Assembly (NCBI GenBank): GCA_951406725.2
Contig: OX597835.1
Location: forward strand, 28,520,001-28,584,000
Direction of reading: 5' to 3'
DNA length: 64,000 nt
Source: Octopus vulgaris
Taxonomy: Eukaryota
Below the pieces are notes generated by a model that worked only from the letters and a program-made list of their open reading frames with translations, was not told where the DNA came from and searched no databases. This document shows, piece by piece, positions 56,350 through 64,000 of this stretch. The translations under genes were made by a program, and so were the position numbers. Position 1 is the stretch's first letter. The number at the start of each line of letters is the position of its first letter.

Positions 56350-56742
56350 GTTGTATTTCGGGAGAGTCATTATGCCAATAATAAACACACGCACTGGTTC
56401 TATTTCACTTCTTTATTATGTATGTCAATTGGTTAACTATGTAACTAGTTGACTAACCGATTGTTTGATTAATCATTTGGTTAATCGATCCATCAGATAC
56501 GTTCAGACAAGGCAGACCTGAAACTGACTTGGAGTAGAGAGGGCTGGTCATTGAAGAGGTCGCGAATGGCGACAAAAAGACTCATGCAAACACAAATGAT
56601 TGATTGAGTAACTGAATGATTAATCAAACAGTCGATTAGTTAGCTGCTTAAACAGTCAACCAATTGACGAATAATAAGGAAGTGAAATTGAACCAGTGCG
56701 TGTGTTTGTCATTGGCATAACGACGCTCCCGAGATACTACAA
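56350..56742. mobile_element. MITE/fold-back element with ~140-nt imperfect arms
   Basis: ttgtatttcgggagagtcattatgccaat..acacacgcactggttc pairs with gaaccagtgcgtgtgt..attggcataacgacgctcccgagatactacaa. Confidence 0.75.
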
Positions 56743-57169
56743 AATTTTTAATATGAAAGCCCACACATTTTACCTGGGGACGTATCATGAGATTGAATTA
56801 CAACCAACCATGCCATTTGGTTGTGATTTTTCGTTCTTTAATACCAAGTAAGCCTTAAGTGAGTTGACTTATGATCAAAGGCATTACATCTTTTTTGGTC
56901 TATTACTAAGACAACCTTAGTCAACAAATATCGTAAAGTTTCTAAAGTGTTGGGCTGATTTAAGGCCTGGGTTCTCAGGCAACGGGCCGAGGATAATCTA
57001 TTTTTCTGTTATTTCTATTTTATTAATTATCAAGGTCTGCAGAATGTTTTTGCATAATAAATGCAACGTATATTGTATTATATATGTAATGTATATATTT
57101 TTTTCTCCGATGACGGAATATATAATCCTAATTTTCAAAAAGATAAACAAGAGTTATTGCTCTAATTAC

Positions 57170-58410
57170 AAAGGAACCTCCTCGCTAAGCCTCTCCGGTA
57201 AAGTATGCAGGGAATCTGGCAGAGAGATATATTGATATTGACGAGTGCAAGCTACCTGACGAATAACGTGGTTTTTACCCCGGACGCAGCGCAGCCGACC
57301 AAATATTCACACTGCAACAAGTCTTCGCGAAATCATGCGAGTATGTCCATCAGGTGTATGTAGACCTCGGAAAGATATACGATAGTGTTTCCCGGGATGT
57401 TTTCTGGAAGATTCTACAAGAATATGGAATCGATGGCCTTAAAGTCCCTATACGAACGCACTATTATTTGTTTCGGATAGATGGTTCTAAACCGTAACCG
57501 TCTAAGGTGGGTGTCGGACTCCACGCAGGGTGCATACTATTACCTTTTCTGTTCATAATCTTCATGGACAGGTTTGACCTGTGTAGCCGATTTGGAAGTA
57601 ATATCAAGACCGGCGGATGTACGATCAGTCGGCTGAAATTTGCAGACAACATAGTACTACTACTCGACTCATCGATATGCACTTGACAGGTTTGGTGACG
57701 AGTTGCACTCGGCAGGAATGAAAATCAGTGCAGTGAAGGTTGAGACATACGTCTACATGTAAGTGGAGTTCCACTAAAGCAGGTGGAGAGTTCCAAGTAT
57801 TTTGGGAACGCTTTCAAGAGTGATGGAGGGCAGGGGAGTGAACTGAGTGCAAAAAAATGTAAGAGCTGGTGCAGTAATGCTCAAATTTCAGCATTCGATC
57901 ATCAGAAAAACGAAAGGTGTCAAAACCAAACGCGCTCTCTTCACTTCGGTGTTAGTACCTATCCTAACCTAGAGTAAGGAATCTTGGGTAATGATTAAAA
58001 AACTACAATCGCGAATACAGTCGGCAGAAATGGAGTTCATCCAAAGAGTCTTTGGAGTAGCGTTACTCGAGAGAGAGCGTAATTCGGAAATCAGAAAGGT
58101 GCTCCAGGTAGAGCCATTACTTTACCGAATTTAGAGAGCACAGCTCCGAAACAACGGACATAGGGTAAGAAAGTACCCGGAAAGAATCGCTAGACAAATT
58201 TTATGGATTCAAAAACCCAATCTGCAGGAGACCCAGAGGCAGGCGGCGAACGAAATGATTGGATAACATCTGTGAGCTCGGCTGGTTTCGCTTGGGGGAT
58301 CTAGCCGCTTCTGAGAAAGCCTGGTGGAAGGCGTGCTTGAGGACTCTACCCTCAAGGCCCTTCCAAGAGTAAGTGAGCGAAGAGGAGATGAGATGAGATG
58401 AGATAAGATG
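57170..58410 (+). mobile_element. Degenerate RTE LINE 3' part with (GAGAT)n tail
   Basis: DQIFTLQQ, VDLGKIYDSV, LFIIFMD, LKFADNIVL, FKYFG-like remnants; many stops. Confidence 0.8.
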
Positions 58411-59133
58411 AGTTGGAATAGATCTTTGCTATATCTCATTTTCCCTCCGATGACGGAAGACGTTGCTGATATATAGATAGTTACCACTTGCTTTTTACAA
58501 CATGCAGCGTCTGCGCATCTGTTCTTGAAACAGCTGTAGGAAACTTTCCCCACACTTATTTACATCTTCATTTCTTGTGATTTATGCTCATGTAACCTAA
58601 CCTAACCTGATGCCGGGTGTTTTGCCTTTTAGTACTTTTACCCTAATATGCTTGTATATGCTCAGTTGATAAACTTTATAGACTGTTGCCAAAGCTATGA
58701 CGTCTTTGCTTTAAATCGCAGTTCAAATTGAAGTTTTAGCGATATTAAGTGAGATGTATTATATATGTAATATATATGAATTATATATATAATAAATGAG
58801 CATTTTATCGTTTTGTTATGCACATTATCTTCCGGTTCGTGGAAAAATTGTCTTGCATAAAACAGGTTCGTGGTGCAGAAAAAGGGTAGGGGACAGCTGA
58901 TTTAAGAGACACAAACATTGAGAGCTATTTCAGGCGGGTAAGTGACCATACAGACCTCGTACCCTCGACAGAGAGGGGTCAACGATGTTATATAAATTGG
59001 CTTTTGCTTCTTTTTAATCATGTTATTAACCGAGATGCGAACGCGCTTCGTTGCAGGCAGTAAGCCTGCCCCCAACTTAGACACATCACAAGTCAACATT
59101 ATAAAATAGAATAAAATAAAAACGAAAACTTAC

Positions 59134-59220
59134 TCTGTGTTCCTTTATAACGTCTGCCATCCAAATGTCCTTGGTTTCCAAGCTTTTTTTGAACCGGGTC
59201 CAACTGGGAATCGGGAATGC
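59134..59220 (-). CDS. Cytochrome P450 (clan 2, CYP17A1-like), internal exon (F-G/G-helix region), 87 nt
   Basis: ttttcag acceptor and gtaagt donor; phase 0/0; translates AFPIPSWTRFKKSLETKDIWMADVIKEHR and continues in frame into ETL.. of the next exon. Confidence 0.85.
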
Positions 59221-59337
59221 CTGAAAATAGGACAGAAAATACTTCAGAAAATCATATATATATATACCACTCGGCGCTTGTAAGTCTGTTTACAAAGTAT
59301 TATCACACACACACATATACGCATACATATACATATG

Positions 59338-59404
<67 letters not shown>

Positions 59405-60236
59405 AAACAATAATAATAAAGGGTAAAATTCATTAATCAATTAATAATTAATAATTCTACCAAGTAGTTCGGTATGTTAAAAGAACCTTTATACAAAAAT
59501 TCTATAATTATTAGCATAATTATAATTAGGGTTCAGCAAAAATTGCTTCACCGCATACAGAAATTTAGAAATAGCAGTTAACTACTATTCCACTACCATA
59601 AGATATCTCCCAGACAGTAACCCTAATTATAATTATGCTTATAATTATAGAATAAATATATATATATATATAAATGCGTGTCTTTGAATTGAAAACTGAG
59701 GGAAAAAGATGAAATATAAAGATAAATCAGCTGAATTTACTGGAAAAAAAAATACGTAGGTAAACAAAGATTTATTAGAAACATCAGAACACTTCCACCT
59801 TCGTGACAGCGGTTGCTTGCAATGCATTGGAATAGCACAATACAATAAATAAACTGTGGAAGTTGTAAAGATAATTTATGAACACCCTATATGTATGTGT
59901 GGAGGCACATGACCTAGTGGTTAGAACAGCGGACTCGCGTTCGAGGGATCGCGGGTTGGAATCTCAGACCGGGCGATGTGTGTTTTTATGAGCGAAACGC
60001 CTAAGCTCCATGCGGCTCCGGCAGAAGGTAATGGCGAAACTTCTGACTCTTTCGCCACAACTTTCTCTCACTCTTTCTTCCTGCATCTTGCAGCTCACCT
60101 GCGACGGAGCGGCAGGTGAGTTGCAAGATGCTCACCTGCGACGGGTCCGTCCAGGTGGGGAACTATACGCCAAGGAAACCGGGAAACCGGCCCTTATGAG
60201 CCAGGCGTGGCTCGAGAAGGGACAAACAAAACTGTA

Positions 60237-60294
<58 letters not shown>

Positions 60295-60411
60295 GAGAAT
60301 TCACAAAAAAAAGAACAAAAGACGGAGACAGGTCGTGTAGGCAACGAACAGATGTATTAGTGTATAACGCTGGGGAAGTGAAAAAGTCTTTAACGTTTCG
60401 AGCCTACGCTA

Positions 60412-60457
<46 letters not shown>

Positions 60458-61339
60458 CATTGCGAGTCCAATAACCTGGCGTAAAGCTCAATATGCGTAT
60501 GTTCCAGAATGAAGCGTTAGCCGAGTATGGAGCGGCAATAAGAAAGCGAGATGAGAAAGGAACAAATGATTATCTTATGAACTTCATTACCTTACACCTG
60601 TTTCTGATATGAGATGTAGTAGACTCATAGTTGAGTACCTGAATAACACCTTATAGCTTCACAGGGGCTTCGAATATTAAGTGCAATTTATCTGGGAAAA
60701 GAATTATGTTTGTGTCTAAATAGGGAAAAGCATGTTTGGCTTTTTTCAACGTTGTTCCGCAGTATTGTACAAACAACAACTGAAACACTTCTGCCGTTCC
60801 TGGGCTGATTCCACAACTCAAATTGTTTCCAGTATCCATGGCGTCGCAACGTATTGGTTAAGTTAAGTATAAGCTTACATATCTGCTTTAAGATCCACCA
60901 ATCCGGATTTTCTGTGAGGGGTTAACCTCCTTTACGTTTCCTGTTGTTTTTTTCTTTTCTTTTTTAATTTTTTAAATGCTGGATAAATTTACATCACATG
61001 TTTTAGCTCAATAAACATTTGCTTGCAATAACAAACACCACAATGTTACAATGTATTAACAACTGACCAGACAATCAACACGCAACACCCGTGAGTGTGA
61101 AACACAAATGTTTGGAAACCAATTCGTATTTCTTTTATTTGTAAATATTGTTCAGAATTTTGCATGCATGCATGTATGTATGTATGTATGTATGTATGTA
61201 TGTATGTATGTATGTATGTATGTATGTATGTATGTATGTATGTATGTATGTATGTATGTATGTATGTATGTATGTATGTATGTATGTATGTATGTATGTA
61301 TGTATGTACGTACATACGTATGTATGTATGTATGTATAT

Positions 61340-61825
61340 GTCAGGTCACTTTCCAGTGCTACTGGAAACATGTAACCCAGTACAACCTGTTGCATGGTCG
61401 GGTCGTCGGCGACTAAACCGGCAACCCCCACCAAGCTTGCTTGGTGAGGAGGGTGTTTATTGGACACCCTGCGGGATGAAAAACAAAACCCGTCAAAGGG
61501 CGAGGGAACTCTTGAGAGTCAACGGCCATCCAATAAATGTCTTAAGGCTGTATCATGCACGGGGACATAGAAATAATCGGACTGAATACCCGATCGTGCG
61601 GTTAAACCATTGGGAGTGAAGGACTCCTAGCCTTTGTTAGGGCATCCTTCTAGGAGAAAGTAACTCAGGTAACTGGGATAACTCCGACATAAAACCTGCG
61701 GCTCAGTGGTTACTGATGATGCTGACTTGTTCTTCTTTTCGGATTATGGCTGCTGTTGCTGAGTGAGTGGGATTGACTCAGTGCACAGCCTTTTCCTCAC
61801 TTTAAAAAAATCTCTCTTGCGCTCA
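61340..61825 (+). mobile_element. Probable LINE (RTE) 5' UTR fragment
   Basis: gggcatccttctaggagaaagtaactc motif, CpG-rich, no credible ORF. Confidence 0.4.
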
Positions 61826-62199
61826 GTTTCTTTCCGAGATCGATGTTTATAGCCAGGCCGTCAAAATTTTCATAATTTTTAGCTCACCGCTGAATGGCAA
61901 ATGAAAAAATCGTTAGATTCTTCAACACAAGACATTTTAGAGTGTCCAAGACGAACATAATTTGACACGTGTCAGTCATTGATTGGTTGCACGTTTCGAC
62001 TGGGTCAAACTCTACATTTCTTTTTACTTTTTAATTTCCACCTCTCTATTTAAGTGAATGGCAATATAACCAAAAAAAGGTGGGTGGAACCATAATTTTC
62101 GGTAGGAAAAAGTTACAGATAAAAACCTGTTACTTTTGATTAGAGCAGCACAATTAAATTGTGCTGCTTAAGTCAAATATGTTAGGTAAAATAATTAAC

Positions 62200-62415
62200 T
62201 TTTATTCTTTTATTCTTTTACTTGTTTCAGTCATTTGACGGTGGCCATGCTGGAGCACCGCCTTTTAGTCGAGCAAATTGATCCCAGGACTTATTCTTTA
62301 TAAGCATAGTACTTATTCTATCGGTCTGTTTTGCCGAATCGCTAAGTTACAGGGACGTAAACACACCAGCGTCGGTTGTCAAGCGATGTTTGGAGGGATA
62401 AACACAGACACACAA

Positions 62416-62466
<51 letters not shown>

Positions 62467-62620
62467 CGACGGGCTTCTTTCAGTTTCCATCAACCAAATT
62501 CAATCACAAGGATTTGGTCGGCCCGAGGCTATAGTAGAAGACACTTGCCCAAGGTGCCACGCAGTGGGACTAACCCCAGAACCATGTGGTTGGTAAGCAA
62601 GCTACTTACCACACAGCCAC
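62200..62620 (-). mobile_element. SINE A
   Basis: Consensus match. Confidence 0.88.
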
Positions 62621-62835
62621 ATAATATGTAATAGTTTAAGCCACTTAATAAACTGACAATTCCTGATATGTATACTCTATACAGCGACAACGCAATTTAT
62701 ACAAAGGCATAAAAAAATAAGCACACACACACACACATGATCTTCATTTGTAATGCACTTTGTATCCAGTCTGATGATCGCCAGCGTGAAATTCTAATAG
62801 CTACATGTGATGTGCCAGTTATAATGACTACGCGC

Positions 62836-62875
<40 letters not shown>

Positions 62876-62876
<1 letters not shown>

Positions 62877-63171
62877 CGAGACAAAACCACTATTTTGCAA
62901 AACAAATAAGGAAAGACTTAATCAATACATAAAAATTTTTAATATAAAGAAATAAACCGCCACTACAATCGTTTCATGTCTTCAATGACATTCGTCAGGT
63001 GGATTTTCGATTCATAAATTAAAACAGATTAGGAGATCGAAAATCCACCTGACGAATGTCATTGAAGACATGAAACGATTGTAGTGGCGGTTTATTTCTT
63101 TATATTAAAAATTTTTATGTATTGATTAAGTCTTTCCTTATTTGTTTTGCAAAATAGTGGTTTTGTCTCGA
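62876..63171. mobile_element. Perfect 136-bp inverted repeat (62876-63011 / 63036-63171), Penelope-like element between (TA)n tracts
   Basis: Arms are exact reverse complements by inspection; 24-nt spacer. Confidence 0.9.
63045..63087 (+). ncRNA. Type-I hammerhead ribozyme; identical mirror copy 62960-63002 (minus)
   Basis: ccac-CTGACGA-atgtc attgaa gacat-GAAAC-gatt-GTA-gtgg: stem I ccac/gtgg, stem II 5 bp, short stem III, GUA cleavage triplet. Confidence 0.85.
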
Positions 63172-63256
63172 ATTAATATTATATAATATTTTACTATAAA
63201 ATTGGATTTAATCCTAAATCTGATTTTTTCCCTGTAAATTTGGATTTATTCCCTAA

Positions 63257-63298
<42 letters not shown>

Positions 63299-63501
63299 TA
63301 ATGAGGGAGATAAATTTAATATTAATTTAATTAATATCAATTTAAAACCAGTAGCCTAGCATACAAAAATCTGAAAAATCAGAGAAAATTCTAATACAAT
63401 TGTATATTTAAAGGGCTAAAAAACTTTCTTTTTAGTTTGGTCGTAGGTCATCTACTTCTAGCATAGGGCTGTCCACATAGTGGTTTTTTAGCCCTTTAAA
63501 T

Positions 63502-63560
<59 letters not shown>

Positions 63561-63897
63561 AATGTTTCTATATGATATATACACACACACGCCCACATAT
63601 ATATTTAGGTATATATTTGTATGTATATAGATATTGTTATTCCTTTCAATTCTGGCAGAGAGAACCTTGGTATGAAACATGTAGACATCTAGAATGGCGG
63701 TTAAAGTGGGGTCTTGTATTTCGTTGTGCCTCGCCCAGAGAATGCCATAATTGTTAGTCTTACTTCTGAGGGTATATTAAAGCCGTGTAATACCTGTAAT
63801 GTTTTAATGCGCTTCGTGTACAGGAAGTAGTTCTCCCAGCGTGTATGTTGACTGCAAGTGTTTAATCAGAAATTATCTTTATATATTTTGCGAACAT

Positions 63898-64000
63898 AGG
63901 CGCAGGAGTGGCTGTGTGGTAAGTAGCTTGCTTACCAACCACATGGTTCCAGGTTCAGTCCCACTGCGTGGTATCTTGGGCAAGTGTCTTCTACTACAGC
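63898..64000 (+). mobile_element. SINE A 5' part, runs off the window
   Basis: ggcgcaggagtggctgtgtggtaagtagc head. Confidence 0.9.

Noticed and set aside
60590-60870. Possible upstream P450 exon
   Set aside because: No frame gives P450 E/F-helix sequence with compatible splice sites; upstream exons probably lie beyond the window

Overview
AT-rich, microsatellite-saturated eukaryotic DNA. The SINE families, RTE LINEs and (TA)n/(CA)n/(GATA)n load point to an octopus or other cephalopod genome (inference). Almost all ORFs in the supplied track are microsatellite artefacts. The only well-supported host gene is the 3' part of a minus-strand clan-2 cytochrome P450, assembled by hand from five GT-AG exons (59220-59134, 51299-51090, 46706-46537, 39567-39464, 37516-37281). 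Its exon sizes and phases match exons 4-8 of vertebrate CYP17A1 as I recall them; the 5' exons appear to lie beyond the window. The rest is tRNA-derived SINEs, decayed RTE/CR1/RLE-type LINEs, Tc1/mariner relics and MITE-like fold-backs. Most notable non-obvious signals: (i) several sequence-unrelated inverted-repeat elements next to (TA)n tracts carrying type-I hammerhead ribozyme motifs on both arms (Penelope-like); (ii) an array of AGGTCA-N5-TGACAT palindromes at 31.6-32.3 kb; (iii) SINE concatemers with a recurrent exact junction; (iv) a hairpin/pseudoknot minisatellite with a compensatory change in an RTE 3' end; (v) two promoter-like motif clusters without an identified gene.
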